Source of the DNA: Chloropicon primus
Taxonomy: Eukaryota
Assembly (NCBI GenBank): GCA_023205875.1
Contig: CP060754.1
Coordinates: 1,488,001-1,552,000, forward strand
DNA: 64,000 nt
Direction of reading: 5' to 3'
A program made the position numbers and the translations under genes. The notes beneath the pieces were generated by a model that saw only the letters and a list, made by a program, of their open reading frames with translations, made no database searches and had not been told where the DNA came from. This document shows positions 20,530 through 32,430 of this stretch, in pieces (position 1 is the first letter of the stretch; every line of letters begins with the position of its first letter).

Positions 20530-21735
20530 TCACCTATGGGTGGCTCGGGAGAGCTTGTGAGCCAAAGTTCTAACGGCTTCTGCGCTGGCTGAGAGGTAGG
20601 AGAGCGCCGCCGGGACGGCGAGCCAGGCCAGGAGGAGAAATCCTCCGAAAAACAGTGCTGACACGAGAAAGAACAGGGCAAGCAAGAGCAAAGACTGGGC
20701 ATTCGACTTCTTTCTCCCGCTCCCTCCTTTCTTTCTGCCAGGACTTTTCGACGGGCTAGCGAAGGACGGGTACAGACCTTTCCTGCCTTGCCCAAACCGA
20801 GCATCCATTTTTTCCTTGTGCGGGATCGCCACGTCTGGCAATTCCTTCTGTTCCAGAGCTCTGGAGATTGAAACCCAATCGACTCTTGAAGGCGGCTTCC
20901 ACATGTTGTTGATGACCGGGAGAGGGGCGTCCTTCCCCCCCTCCTTCTCTTCTGCATGAGATGGGGAGTCCACCTCGTCATCCTGCTGAGGGTCCACTCC
21001 TTGGACCTCAGCGGGACTGGTGCTGGGAGCATCGAGGGCCCCCTCCTCCTCCCGCGCAGCGTCGCTGTCGCTGGCCGGCTCGCTCAGACCCGGGGGCGGG
21101 CTCTCCTTGGAGCGGATGAACACTTTCACTCCCAACTGACCCAGCGTGAACAGGGGTATCTTCGAGGCACGCGCCTGACCGCTCCTCGGAATGATGTCCA
21201 CCCACTGGAGCGGCAAGCTCTCTCCGCTCTCGAGGGTCCGCAGAGGCGCCGCGTCCTCTGATGCAAGCAGCACCACCGTCCTCCCCAAGCTCCTGATTGG
21301 CATTGGAATCGACGTGGACAGGTTCGACCCGTCCTCCTCACCGTGCGCGGCGGGGCCCAGGCTCGCCAGGGATGGTCCATCCTTCACGGCGGTCGCCATG
21401 TGCGTGTCTGCCCTGTCAAGGTGCGCATTGCAAGTGTACAGGTCGATGATGAGGTGCTCCTTCTTCCTGTTGTCGAAGTCCTCCCTCTTCACGCGGAAGA
21501 TGAACTCCTCTTCCCATTGCGGGTGCTTGCTCGCTTTCACCAACCTCGTGGTCGCGACCTGGTTCCCCAATTTCAGCACCAAGTACAACCGGGGCCCCCT
21601 TCCACCCTCCAGCGCGTTCGTCAGGGACGGGAGGTTCTTGGCGCCCAGCACCTGCACCTCCACCTCAATAATCCTTCCCCTCCCCTCCTCCCCCCCCTCC
21701 TCCTCCTCGTGACGGGTGCGCGTTCCCTCGTACAT
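20530..21735 (-). CDS. C2-domain protein with a C-terminal transmembrane segment
   Basis: IEVEVQVLGAKNLP...YLVLKLGNQVATTRLVKASKHPQWEEEFIF is C2-like; hydrophobic stretch near the C-terminus. Confidence 0.75.
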   Translation of the reverse strand: MYEGTRTRHEEEEGGEEGRGRIIEVEVQVLGAKNLPSLTNALEGGRGPRLYLVLKLGNQVATTRLVKASKHPQWEEEFIFRVKREDFDNRKKEHLIIDLYTCNAHLDRADTHMATAVKDGPSLASLGPAAHGEEDGSNLSTSIPMPIRSLGRTVVLLASEDAAPLRTLESGESLPLQWVDIIPRSGQARASKIPLFTLGQLGVKVFIRSKESPPPGLSEPASDSDAAREEEGALDAPSTSPAEVQGVDPQQDDEVDSPSHAEEKEGGKDAPLPVINNMWKPPSRVDWVSISRALEQKELPDVAIPHKEKMDARFGQGRKGLYPSFASPSKSPGRKKGGSGRKKSNAQSLLLLALFFLVSALFFGGFLLLAWLAVPAALSYLSASAEAVRTLAHKLSRATHR

Positions 21736-22116
21736 CGCAACACACCTGGACGTCGAAACCGCGACCTTTGCAATCGAAACCCCAAGAGACGCACCGTATT
21801 CCCATCACGGTGATGCCATCACCACCTCCTCCTGTCTACGCTCCTGCGTCCCGTCCGTCGTCCTCGTCGACCACTCTCCCACTTGGCGTCGCTCGCTCAG
21901 CTAAGCTTGACGACGACGAGAACGAGAATAATTGGGAGCGCCAGAGGAGCGTTATTTTCGGCGTCTCTGTGTGTAACGCTTTTTTTTTCTCTGTTTCGTT
22001 CGGAGAGGGAGGACGTCCTCGGGAGGTGCGGGGTCACGGGCTTGAGGAGAGTTCCTGCTTTGCGCGCTGCGTCCTCTTCTCCCTCCTCGGGGCCACAAAG
22101 CAAGCAAGCAAGCGCC

Positions 22117-24435
22117 ATGATTAGCGGTCCGGTCGTGATGCTCTTCGTGATAGGGGTGCCCATCATAGCGGGAGTGACTTTGCTCCTTCTCAGGAGGATG
22201 CCAGTCAAGTCGACCTCCGTCGCCGTCAAGCTGGACGTCGGGGTGGCCTGGGTAGCCGCCCTGAGCATTCTCCTCCTCGTTCCGCTTGACATAGCCGACA
22301 CCTTTTACGCCTACAACAACCACGGGAGCTACTACCCGGGGCCTGGTCTGAACCACACGCGTGGGGTGGGCGGCGGGGACGGCTACTACCGTGCGGTGCT
22401 GGGCTCCGTCGCCGCGCTGGCGGGGGAGGCCGAGCGCCGGGACACGCGCTCCCAACAGGTTTTGAGCATATGCTGGGAGATTGTGTACTGGTACACGTTC
22501 GCGGCGATGATGGCCATCCTGCCGTTCCACCAAGAGTTCGCGGACTCTGGGGGCTTCACGCGGTGGGAGAGAACGCTGTGGTCCCTCCGGCAGAACCTGC
22601 TGTTCATCCTTGTCGCGGGATCCATCGGGGCCGTCGGGATCCTCATCCTCCTCGCGTCCCACAGGCTGACGGTGGACTCCCTGCTGGGGTTCGTGATTGC
22701 CACCAGCAACGCCTTCGGGCTTTGCCTGGTGCTCCTCCTTCTCGGCTACGGCCTGGTGGACTTGCCCCGGAAAATTTGGAGGTTGGCCGCCGCGGGGTCT
22801 GACGAGAAGGAGTCTCACATGCACCAGGCCATCGGCTTGCAGGCGGAGCGAACGAAGAAGACTCACAAAGAAGTTTGCCGGATGATCTCAATCGTCAGGG
22901 AAGTAAGCAAGTACTTTGGGGCAAGGGACCCCCTGCGCAAGTACATGGATATCGTGGAGGCCACCATCGATTTGGAGCTGGAAGCTGAGCTCTTCTCGAG
23001 CCACGAGCTCGTCCCGAGCCAAGAGAGCTTCTCTGGAGCAGGGTGCGGTTACAACTTCAAGCTCGAGAACGAGGACCTTGAATTCGAGTACGCGGATGTC
23101 CACCAGCTTGGCCTGCTCAGGAGAGACGTCAGGAAAGCCCAGGAGGGCTACAAGCGCGAGCGGAGTCGGTACGTGACGCTAGTGAAGCAAGGGTTCGCAA
23201 GCGTGTACAAGATTCATGTGGGGAAGGGCAGCGGGCATGACCCTTATGATGTTGCCCGGGAGGAGGAGAGCTTTCTGCTCTCTCAGGGAGAGCCAGCGGG
23301 CCCCGCAAATGCCGTGGCCGGCATCAGAAACAAGGCCACCGTGGGCATGAGAAAGATCTCCTCCAAGTACAACAAGTACTTGGCTCCCACAGTGCTGCGG
23401 ATATTCTCCGTGTTCCTCTACTTTCTCTCGACGTGCATTGTGCTGGCCCAGCTTACAATTTACGAGGGCCTCCCGGTGTGGCTGAAGAAGGTCTCCCCCC
23501 TGAAGCTCTTCATCGGTCTGATGGAGCCCAACTTGATGCTGATCCAAATATCGTGCCTGGCCCTGGTCGGATACATTTTGGCAACCTGTTGGTTCTCCAT
23601 GTTCAAGCTCAAAGTCTTCTCTATATACGTGATGGTCCCGAAGCACACTCCGAGCAACAGCATGCTTATGAACGCCATGCTGCTCTGCAGGCTCGCGGCC
23701 CCCATCGCCTTCAACTTCATGATGATTGCCATGCCGATGACTCAAGACGATGCGGTGGACGTGAGGCAGACGACCTTTTACAAGGAGTTCGGGGAGAAGA
23801 TGCTCGATTTGAGCAGTTTGGGCAACTTTTTGGGCCTCGCATCGCTGTCCTTCACCACGTTCGCCCCCGTGGTCATGCTTCCCTACATTTTGTTCATCTT
23901 GTTCAAGAAGACGAGCCTGGTGGAGCAGCTCTCCGCTCTCTGCAAGTGCTGCAAGAAGAACAGGCTGGAAAAAAGGTTTGAGGGGTACCAGTTTGAGGAG
24001 GAGGAGGTCGACAACGACGATTCGAGCTTTGGGCAGAGGCTCCTGGAGAAGGAGCTTGGCTACTTCCAGGGGGGCTTGAGTCTCGGCAAAGCGCTCCGAG
24101 AGGCTCTGGCCGAGGAGGCGAGGGAGCAAGGCAGAAAGCAGACGGGTCCGTTCTGGAAGAGAAAGAGCCCAGAGCCACTGATACGACCCCCGCGAGCTGC
24201 TGCCGGGGCTGGACCCTCGCAGCCGAACCTCAAGGACAAGATCAGAGATCGAATGAAGGGGTGGGGCATCGGCAGCGGCGCACGAAAGGCTTCGCAGCCT
24301 CTGACACGGTGGCACAAGACCTACGGTCGAGTGGGGCGCAACGGGGATGACCCTAGCGGCAGCAGCAGCACTGCTGAGGAGAACCAGAAGAAGACCAAAA
24401 CCGAGGAGCTGGACGATATCTTCAGGAACTTGTAA
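22117..24435 (+). CDS. LMBR1-domain membrane protein (LMBRD2-like)
   Basis: LLVPLDIA, WEIVYWYTF, ILPFHQEFADSGGF, SNAFGL...LGYGLVDLPRKIW and CRLAAPIAFNF. Confidence 0.9.
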   Translation: MISGPVVMLFVIGVPIIAGVTLLLLRRMPVKSTSVAVKLDVGVAWVAALSILLLVPLDIADTFYAYNNHGSYYPGPGLNHTRGVGGGDGYYRAVLGSVAALAGEAERRDTRSQQVLSICWEIVYWYTFAAMMAILPFHQEFADSGGFTRWERTLWSLRQNLLFILVAGSIGAVGILILLASHRLTVDSLLGFVIATSNAFGLCLVLLLLGYGLVDLPRKIWRLAAAGSDEKESHMHQAIGLQAERTKKTHKEVCRMISIVREVSKYFGARDPLRKYMDIVEATIDLELEAELFSSHELVPSQESFSGAGCGYNFKLENEDLEFEYADVHQLGLLRRDVRKAQEGYKRERSRYVTLVKQGFASVYKIHVGKGSGHDPYDVAREEESFLLSQGEPAGPANAVAGIRNKATVGMRKISSKYNKYLAPTVLRIFSVFLYFLSTCIVLAQLTIYEGLPVWLKKVSPLKLFIGLMEPNLMLIQISCLALVGYILATCWFSMFKLKVFSIYVMVPKHTPSNSMLMNAMLLCRLAAPIAFNFMMIAMPMTQDDAVDVRQTTFYKEFGEKMLDLSSLGNFLGLASLSFTTFAPVVMLPYILFILFKKTSLVEQLSALCKCCKKNRLEKRFEGYQFEEEEVDNDDSSFGQRLLEKELGYFQGGLSLGKALREALAEEAREQGRKQTGPFWKRKSPEPLIRPPRAAAGAGPSQPNLKDKIRDRMKGWGIGSGARKASQPLTRWHKTYGRVGRNGDDPSGSSSTAEENQKKTKTEELDDIFRNL

Positions 24436-24694
24436 AATCGCGTATATAGACAATACTTTTTACCCGAGGTAGCCTTGGGTACAAAAAAACTCTCCTTGGT
24501 GTACAAAAAATAAAAATCGGGCCTCTCTCAAAATTGTTGCTCATCACAGCAGGGCAGAAAACTGTTTCAAAGTTCCCCCAGGGGGCGAGGGGTGGACGCC
24601 TTGCTGTCGAGCGCGATTCGCCAAGGGTGTTCAGTCGTCGCCCTCCTCGGCGAACACCCTTGGTGAGAGCCAAAGAGAGAGCCAAAGAGAGAGC

Positions 24695-24725
<31 letters not shown>

Positions 24726-24791
24726 TTGACAAGGATGGAGAAAGTGTCAGAGGGAGTGCATCCTAGGGATTCGACTAGGATTCGTTCTTTC

Positions 24792-25292
24792 TCAGGCGGA
24801 TTCTCCTTCTCCTTCTTCGTACCTTCGGTCCAAGTAGCGCGGCTGAATGCCGGTTCCGGCGCAGGTCGTGCAGACCTTTTTCCCCGCGCCTGAGCAGTTC
24901 ACGCAAATCGACATCCTCGTCTCCCCACTCCCGAGGGTCATGGGCGTCTGTCCCATGCCGCTGCAAAACCTGCACATGGACTCTGCAGTTCCTCGACACA
25001 CGAAGCAGACCTGGGAGTTGGGTCTCTTCTCCGAGGCTTCCGAAGCGGATTGATAAAACATCGGCACGGCAACTCCAGCGGCGATTCCTCCGGCGCCGCC
25101 CAGGAACAAGAGCATCGTCTGGAAAACGTTCAGGGCGGTTTCCTCCTCCGCGAACATGTCGACCGCGCGGGTCAGAGTGACGCCCCCCCTCTTCGCCCGG
25201 CGCCCCCCACACCTCAGCACCGGTCTCTGCGGACCGACGACGGGCTTCACTGAGGCCACCCCTCGTCCCCTCCCCGTCCCTCCGCCTTTCAT
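24792..25292 (-). CDS. LQY1: LQY1-like thylakoid DnaJ-type zinc-finger protein
   Basis: Transit-like N-terminus, TM ending GVAVPMFYQ, four CxxCxGxG repeats and the C-terminal GIQPRYLDRR characteristic of LQY1. Confidence 0.85.
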   Translation of the reverse strand: MKGGGTGRGRGVASVKPVVGPQRPVLRCGGRRAKRGGVTLTRAVDMFAEEETALNVFQTMLLFLGGAGGIAAGVAVPMFYQSASEASEKRPNSQVCFVCRGTAESMCRFCSGMGQTPMTLGSGETRMSICVNCSGAGKKVCTTCAGTGIQPRYLDRRYEEGEGESA

Positions 25293-25631
25293 TTCTTTCG
25301 TCTTCGTATGCACACACGCACTCCCTCTCTCTCTCTCGCACGCACACACACACTCTTCTCTCTCTCTCTCCACGGTACGGTAAAGACGAAAGATCGCGTT
25401 TTAGTCCCTCCAATCCTCCAAGCCGAGCGCCGTTTGCTTTGTGCGAGGTACCGAATACGAAAGAGAGAGGCTCGGTCCTTCCGCCCTTCGCCCTTTCCAC
25501 CTCGTGAGGTCCTCCTCTCGGCGTCTCTCTCCCTGACTCCAAGCCTCCTCTTCACTCACCTCACTTCCTTTCCTCCGGGCGGCCGTTACCTTTCGTCGCG
25601 TCGGTTACTTTCGAGGAATGCGACGAGGGCG

Positions 25632-26884
25632 ATGGCGATGAGGAGGGTGTTGCTCGGTTTTGTTGTGTTGTTGAGCCTTGCGGTTGCGCCGGAGGGGAAG
25701 AGGGGGGGCACGAAGAGGGGTCCGACACCTGGGCCGCCGAACACCGTGAACACGCTAGCTGCGGAGCAACAATGCAAGCTGACGGATGGCCAAACGGGAG
25801 CGATCTATGACCTCAGCCCTCTCCATAGGATCAATTATGTAAGCGAGGGCGACGGGGTGGGCTGCGGGAGGCCTCGTCTCTGCGGCGTGGCTTGCGTTTC
25901 GATTGAACTGACTCCTTCGCCGGCTGCATCTTGTTTGCTTGTTTTGCTTGTTTGGGGTTTGGGGCTGCGCAGGTCGACAAGAAGTTCTTCGTGATCCACG
26001 GTGCTTCGGGAGGACCTTTCGACCACGTGGACACGGTGTACGACTACCACTTCACGCTCTGCGGGGCGAGGCCGCCGACGCCTCTGAACTGCATGGGGAG
26101 CCCCGACATCTTCCGGGCCCCTGCGTACCAGATCGCTCGCAAGAAGCAGGACAACCCAGACGTCGAGGAGCCTGGGACCCTGAGGAACTGCGCGGCCATC
26201 GGAAGCGGGGAAAGGGGCGATTGGACCTACAGGCTCATCGACAAGGACGATCCCTCTGCCGGCGTCCAGATCGATTACACCGGCGGCCAGGAGTGCCACA
26301 AGCGCACCGTGGTGAAGACGAAGACGGAGACGGGGAGGGACAAGAGGGTTGTCAAGTGGATCCCAACGCCGAGGACGACGACCATCAGGATGACTTGCAA
26401 CCCCGGAGGGCCCGAGCCCTCCCGAGAGAAGAAGGACAGGGACGGGAACGTGGGGAGACTCGTCGGGGAGACGCAGACTGTTCACGCCTCGGAGGACGAC
26501 ATGTGCCACTACACTCTGACTTGGGAGAGCCCTTACGGATGTCCCATCAACAAGAAGATCCGCAGCGTGAGCGACCGGAGGGCCAGCGACCCCGTCTTCA
26601 CGTCGGACAGCTCTGGATTCCACGTGAGAACGAGGGGGAAGCAAGGCTTCCTGTCCAAGCTCCTCAAGCTCCTCACGTTCGTCTTCTTCTGCGTCCTCGG
26701 CCTCGTCGGAGTTCAGATGTTCAGGCACAGGAAGTGGATGAAGATCATTCTCCCCCAGATGACGGACAAGAGCCGCCTCCAGCAGAAGCTCGCGAGGAAG
26801 AAGTTCGTCAAGCTGATCACCACTCTAGATACCAAAACAGCAAAGCGCATGGCCCCCAACGGCGGGACGAGAGCTCTGGTCTGA
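25632..26884 (+). CDS. MRH-domain (mannose-6-phosphate receptor/ATG27-like) type I membrane protein (intron 25839-25972)
   Basis: Signal peptide; YDLSPL, YDYHFTLCG, GVQIDYTGGQEC, RTTTIRMTC and CHYTLTWESPYGCP; TM near the C-terminus; phase-0 GT-AG intron. Confidence 0.8.
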
Positions 26885-26955
26885 GGAGTCGGGCATACTT
26901 TTTCGGAAAGTTCTGCACAAAAAGCGTTACAAGGAAAAAAATATAAACTGTTTTC

Positions 26956-28068
26956 TTAAAGCTTCGAACCTTGCTGGACGTATGACACAACCACGGTCAC
27001 GTCATCCATCTTCCCTCCGATCTCGTGAGGGAACCCCACTTGCCTCGCGCCGTTCGCGAACGGCGTGTCCCTCTTGGGGTCCGAGGCGACCTCCAAGGTT
27101 ATCTTGGCCAGAATGTGCGCCAGCTCACCCGGCGGGGTCCCGTTGGCCTTGGCCTGGTAAACAATCGTCGCCATCTCGTCCGGGTAGAGGTTATCCAGCA
27201 AGCCATCGCTTGCGAGGATCACCGTGTCCCCGGGCTGAACCGCAAGGTCGAAGGTCTCCGCCTTCATCGGGCTGTCGCTGTACTGCGGAATACTGCTCAC
27301 CTGGAAGGGGAAGTTGAAAGAGTGCTGCTGGATGGGGGACACGAAGGCGACCTGCTTCTCCCTCACCACGAGGAAGCCGCTGTCGCCCAAATTCGCCGCC
27401 CTCAGGTTTGCCCCATCGGCGCTCGGGCTCAGACTGACGATGCAGACCGTCGCGCTACCCTTCTTGTCGGTCTCCGCGACCGCGTTGTACAGGACCCTCT
27501 TCGGGTTCGGGTTCGCGGGGTTCTCCTCCTTGGAGAACTTGCTGGAGAGCTGCATGAGCTGCCTCGAGTAGTGCCCAGCGTTCACGCCGGTCTGTGCCCA
27601 GCCTCCCACACCATCAGAGACACCCATCATGAGGAACCCGCGCGCCTTGATGCTCTCGTCCGACTCGGTCTGGTCGCTCGTCGACTGCCACATGCCGTCC
27701 TCCGCGCTCACGAAGGTCACGAAGTAGCTGTCCTCTCCCCCGTTCGTCTTCTCGGCCGAGGGGTACATCGCCCCTCCCGTGTAGAACTCCAACTCCGTCA
27801 CGCTCTGCGTGGTGCTGCTCCCCACGCTCGCAGCGTTGCACGCCGTCAAGTTCGACACTCCCTTTCCTCCGAAGCGCGAAGACCCTGTCGCTGACCTCAA
27901 CACGTTCGTCGATGCCGCCGTCGCCCTCACACCCGCTCCCCTCCAGAACGTCCTCTGACTCAGGGACACTCCACTCCCTCCACCGAACACACGCAACAAG
28001 TTCTTCCTCGCTACTTTGGTGAAACCCTCGTGACGTCCCATCCTCGCACAGATCTGTCTCGTCATCAT
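26956..28068 (-). CDS. Protein phosphatase 2C, PTC7-like, organelle-targeted
   Basis: GGEDSYF, GVSDGVGGW, GSATVCI, ANLGDSGF, QQHSFNFPFQV, ASDGLLDNL and GGKMDDVTVVV. Confidence 0.92.
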   Translation of the reverse strand: MMTRQICARMGRHEGFTKVARKNLLRVFGGGSGVSLSQRTFWRGAGVRATAASTNVLRSATGSSRFGGKGVSNLTACNAASVGSSTTQSVTELEFYTGGAMYPSAEKTNGGEDSYFVTFVSAEDGMWQSTSDQTESDESIKARGFLMMGVSDGVGGWAQTGVNAGHYSRQLMQLSSKFSKEENPANPNPKRVLYNAVAETDKKGSATVCIVSLSPSADGANLRAANLGDSGFLVVREKQVAFVSPIQQHSFNFPFQVSSIPQYSDSPMKAETFDLAVQPGDTVILASDGLLDNLYPDEMATIVYQAKANGTPPGELAHILAKITLEVASDPKRDTPFANGARQVGFPHEIGGKMDDVTVVVSYVQQGSKL

Positions 28069-28809
28069 GTAGAGGTGTCCTCAGGTAAACACACCCGACC
28101 CGAAAACAACCACGTCCACACCCTCACACCCTCGCACCCTCGTACTTCAACAAACCTCCTCGCTCCTCGCTCCTCCTCTCTCCTCTCTCCTCTCTCTTCC
28201 TGTTTGTGAGCCACAAACGCTGTCGTGCTCCAAGCCAGGAAGGGGTGTACCGGGCGGGCCTCGATCCGAGTCAGGAGGAAGAGGAAGAGGAAGGAATGCC
28301 GAGGAGGGGTACGTGTGGCATGCATGGTGACCTTGCTCCTGTTCTCCTCTGTCGCAATCGCAATCGCAATCGCCATCTGCACGGTTTCTCCGCGCGATGG
28401 CATCCAGCAGCTTTCTCTTCTCTGCTGAGAGTGGGGAGCAAGGAGAGGTGTTCGATGCGATGCGCTGGGTCGTCGAGGTCTCGCTTCCAGGAGGGGAAGC
28501 ACGGAGGGAACGCCAACGTACGTCGTGATGGAGGATGGCTTCGTGTCACTCCTTTGTCATCAAAGGACGAGGGACGAGGGACGAGGGACGAGCTTTCGAT
28601 GGAACCCCCCCTGAAGGGAAGCAAGTTGCAAGTTTTTTTTTGCTAAGGAAATACGATTGGGGAGTGTAAAGGAACCTTTGGGGTTGTCGCCTTGGTTATG
28701 AATAAGGCAATGCGGTTCTGATGATCCGTTTGCACTGGAAACGGCAAAGGTGCTATCTTTGACTCTTCTCACGAGGAGAGCGAGAGAGCCAGAGCTCTTA
28801 GAGACCAGC

Positions 28810-29471
28810 ATGGACGAGAAGGAGTTGAGGAAGACGATGCTGATGAAGGGGGAGCTGACGCCTAATGACGGTGAGTGAGGGGAGGAAACGACCGAAGAAA
28901 GGGTCCTCTCTTTCTTTCTCTCTTCCTTTTTGTATTCTATTGGGACATCCACCACCTATCCCTTTGGACCTCCTCCTCCTTTTCACGAGGAAAGGACCTC
29001 GTTGTGCTGTGGACATCCCTTTCGCCTCCCACGGGGGTTCAGGGAGCTGAAGGAGGTGTTCCGTCGTGTTCTCCGAAGGCTTGAGGCTGACGACGCGTGT
29101 TTCGTTTCTCTTTTTTTTCTAAAGTCGCTCTCCTCAAGTTCAGACCGAAGAAGAACTTGAATGCCCCTTGGAAGATTTTGAGTCCTGAGGTAATGGAGTT
29201 TGGATTGTTTCGACACGCGCCGCCGCGACTGGACCGCCTCCTGACTTGAAGCTTTTTGTTTGATCCTTCGTGCGATCCGCCACCGCATTGCTGCTGCTCT
29301 TCCCAGACGGACTGCACGCCACGCGAGTCGTATTCTCAGTACATGCTTCGGTACCACGAGCCGGAGGAGGACACCAACCCTGTAGAGTACAGGTCCAAGA
29401 GGGGAGACTTTTCGGAGTACATTGACAAGGCGATTCAGCTCAAGGTCAACCTCAAGTCGACGGCCCACTAG
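28810..29471 (+). CDS. Small hypothetical protein, 96 aa (exons 28810-28870, 29125-29189, 29307-29471)
   Basis: GT-AG introns with polypyrimidine tracts give one continuous frame: MDEKELRKTMLMKGELTPNDVALLKFRPKKNLNAPWKILSPETDCTPRES...KVNLKSTAH*. Confidence 0.6.
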
Positions 29472-29585
29472 GGCGCGCTTGCTTGCATTGCTTGCGTGTG
29501 TTGTGTGTGTATCCGCTTTTTCTTCCTGTATTAAAATTCATTAGTTTCAACAAGACACACCTCATCATGCATGATAAGTCACCGA

Positions 29586-32131
29586 CTACCTTCCCTTTCG
29601 CATGATGTTGTCTCTCATGGCATTCCTCAGCCTCTCCGTCTGCTTCTCTTTGTTCTTCTCCCTGTCCTCAACGTTGAAGAGCCGGAAGATGATGACCTGC
29701 CCCTTGTCCGTGCCGACGGCCACGACAGGTGCATCCGGGTTGAAGAGCAAGCAGTTCAAGCTCCTGTTGTTCTGCTGCCCAGCAGCAGCGGCTGTCGCTG
29801 GGCTGCCCATGGCGTCGTAGCCCAGCGAGGCCCTCTTAGGCGAAGCTCCTGCCTTCGGCTTGCCGTGCTGATCCTTGTAGCTCACAACAGGCTTGAGCGT
29901 AGACTTTTCCATGTCCCAGATCTCCAACCTCCCGTCCTTGGTCACGTTGGCAAACGCGGTGGAGTTTGTTGGGGACCACTGCACGTCGTTCACGACCGCC
30001 GTGCCGCTCTGGAACGTCAACAGCTCCTGCTTCTCGTACTCGTCCCACATCTTGATGCTCCAGTCCGCGCTTGAGCTCAAGAAGACGGACGGGTCGAAGG
30101 GGGAGAAAATCACCTGATAGACGGGCCCCATGTGCCCCACGAAGCTCTCTAGGTACTGCTCACTGTAGCTGCAGCTGCACTTGTGGATGTTGCCCTCCTC
30201 CGTGCCCGCGACGTAGACAGAGCTGTCCCTGGGAGAAAAGTCGAAGCACATTCCAGAGGACCTCCTTGAGATGAAGGCCTCGTTCTTTGGCTTGCTAGAC
30301 TTCCCGGCGGGTTTGTTGTTGCTGTTGGACTGAATCCTTTTCAGTTTCATCAGATCAATGTGCTCCAGGCCCTTCTTGATACTCCACTGCGTGATCCTAC
30401 CGTCGGTCGAGATGCTCACCAGCTTCTCGCCCCTCTCACTACCCCTGTGAATCCACTTGGTCCGCCAAACGGGGTCACTGTGCTTGCCGCTGGTGTGCCC
30501 CGACTCGATGATGGGTTTGACGCTAACCTTCTTGCTGTGCAAGTCGTAGATGGACACCGCACCGTCGTACATTCCGACCGCAAGGAGGTTGAAGTGCACC
30601 GAAGAAAAGTCCATGCTGGTGACGCCGGTCTTGCACTTGATGATGTGTTCCGGGTACTGGGGGTTCCTAAGGCTCCACACCGCGATCAGGCCGGGGTTGC
30701 TCTCTCGGGCTCCGGTGAAGGCGTAGGCGCCGTAGCCCACGACAAGCATGTCCTTCTGCTGCTTGTTCCAGACCATGCAGCTGACGTTCAAGCCCTCGGT
30801 CGCCTCGCAGCTGAACTCCCAGAGGTGGGCGATCGCTGGCTGCTTGTGCTCAGGAATGGAGAGCTCCTTGAACAGCTGGAAATCCCTGTAGAGCAAGAGC
30901 TCCTTGTGGTGGTTGTTCTGAACAACGCTCCTGTCGACCAGAACCAAAGCATCTGCAAGCTCTTCACTCGCCAAGAGTTTGTCGTGCATGGCTTCCGTGC
31001 TCTCTTCGTCGTTTTTCTCTGCCTCGGGCTCCGCCTCCTCGGTGCCCGTCCCCGTGCTCGTGCTTGTCGTCGCCGTCTTTTTCTCTGGAGACGTCTTCTG
31101 CGCGTCAAAGATGCCCCAATCGTTCACTTGCGTGCCCGAGGAGTGCGTCTCCTTCGCGGACTCCTGGACCTCCTTGTCCTTGAAGCCGTTGCTCAGGGTC
31201 TGGGCGGCCGCCTCCGAGAACTTCTCGCTCTGTATCTTCAGCGAAAGAAGGGCCTTGTACTTTGTGTTCCTCTCCTCGACCGCCTTGGCGTCCTCGTGGT
31301 CGTTGGAGATGCAGTTGTTCGGTTTGTCGAAGATCAGGATGGTCTCGGACTCGGTGAGCGTGACCTCGCACAAGTTGTCCGCCTGAGGCTGCTGCTTTCC
31401 GAAGGGAGCGTAAAAGATCTCAACTTTCCCAACAGCACTGGTCCCCTCCTTCTCCCCGGACACTTCTTCGTCCGCGTCCGGGGCCGCTGGCTTCGGTGCC
31501 GCCTGCGTCGTGTTCGTTGCCCCGGTGCCGGTCGTTGACGTCGACCCAGGCCTGTCTGCCGCTCCTGCGCTCGGAGCGAGCTGAGTCACGTTCAAAACCA
31601 TGGGCTTCTCGTCCACGACCAAAGGTCGAGGGGTGACGTCCACTCCTCGAGCGTCCAAAACCTTCAACGCCTCCTTCTCCACAGGCTGGGGCTCCTGCTT
31701 CATCGCAGTGTTCGTCTTGGACGCCATGCTCCTATTCTTCTTTCCGATAATGCTCGAACGCCTCGAACCTTTGAAGCCCGTGCCTCCTGCACCAGTGAAC
31801 ATCGAGGGAGGTACGCTCGTCCCACTCGCCGTGCTTCCTCGCCTGTGGAATGAAAAGGAATGGCAAAAGGAGAAGGGCGACAAACGAACGAACAGTCAGT
31901 GACGGTGCGGATTCACGGGCAACACGGGACGAGACGAGACACCTGCCCAACACAATTTCGTCACTCGAGACCCCTCCTTGGCGTCAAGGTCCCTCCCCTC
32001 TGTGCTCCTCTGTGACATAAAAGATAGAGAGAGAGATGGAAAGAGAATCTTTGGACGTACCTCGAAGGTGGTACGGGTCCTGGGGTCTGAAAGTTCGCGG
32101 ACGAAGGCTTGGCCACAATAACCTCGTCCAT
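29586..32131 (-). CDS. WDR78: Axonemal dynein intermediate chain, WDR78/DNAI4 (IC138)-like (intron 31843-32060)
   Basis: VTLTESET; WD40 region LWEFSC...NVSCMVWN...WSLRNPQYPE, LVSISTDGRITQWSIKKGLE and GTEEGNIHKCSCSYSEQYL. Confidence 0.85.
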
Positions 32132-32430
32132 GGTGCCTCGTGCTCGTGCTTCCTCTTGCGTCTCGTGCGGTGTCCCTCTCGGTGCACCTCGTTATAGGTT
32201 TTCTTCCAGGACTTTGTGGTTGAGTTGACTGATGGAGTTTGAAAAAACAATTCCAAGATTATAGACCAGAATATATAACCCCGGACCCAAGAAGAGAGGA
32301 CGGGGGAGGAAGGGGAAGGAAGGGGGAAAGAGAAAGATCTTGTGGAAGCAACCAGGCTAATTGATTGGATTTCAAAAAAAAAATAGGTCTTAATCTAAAC
32401 TTAAGGCACTACTGGCAGTTATTAGTGAAT

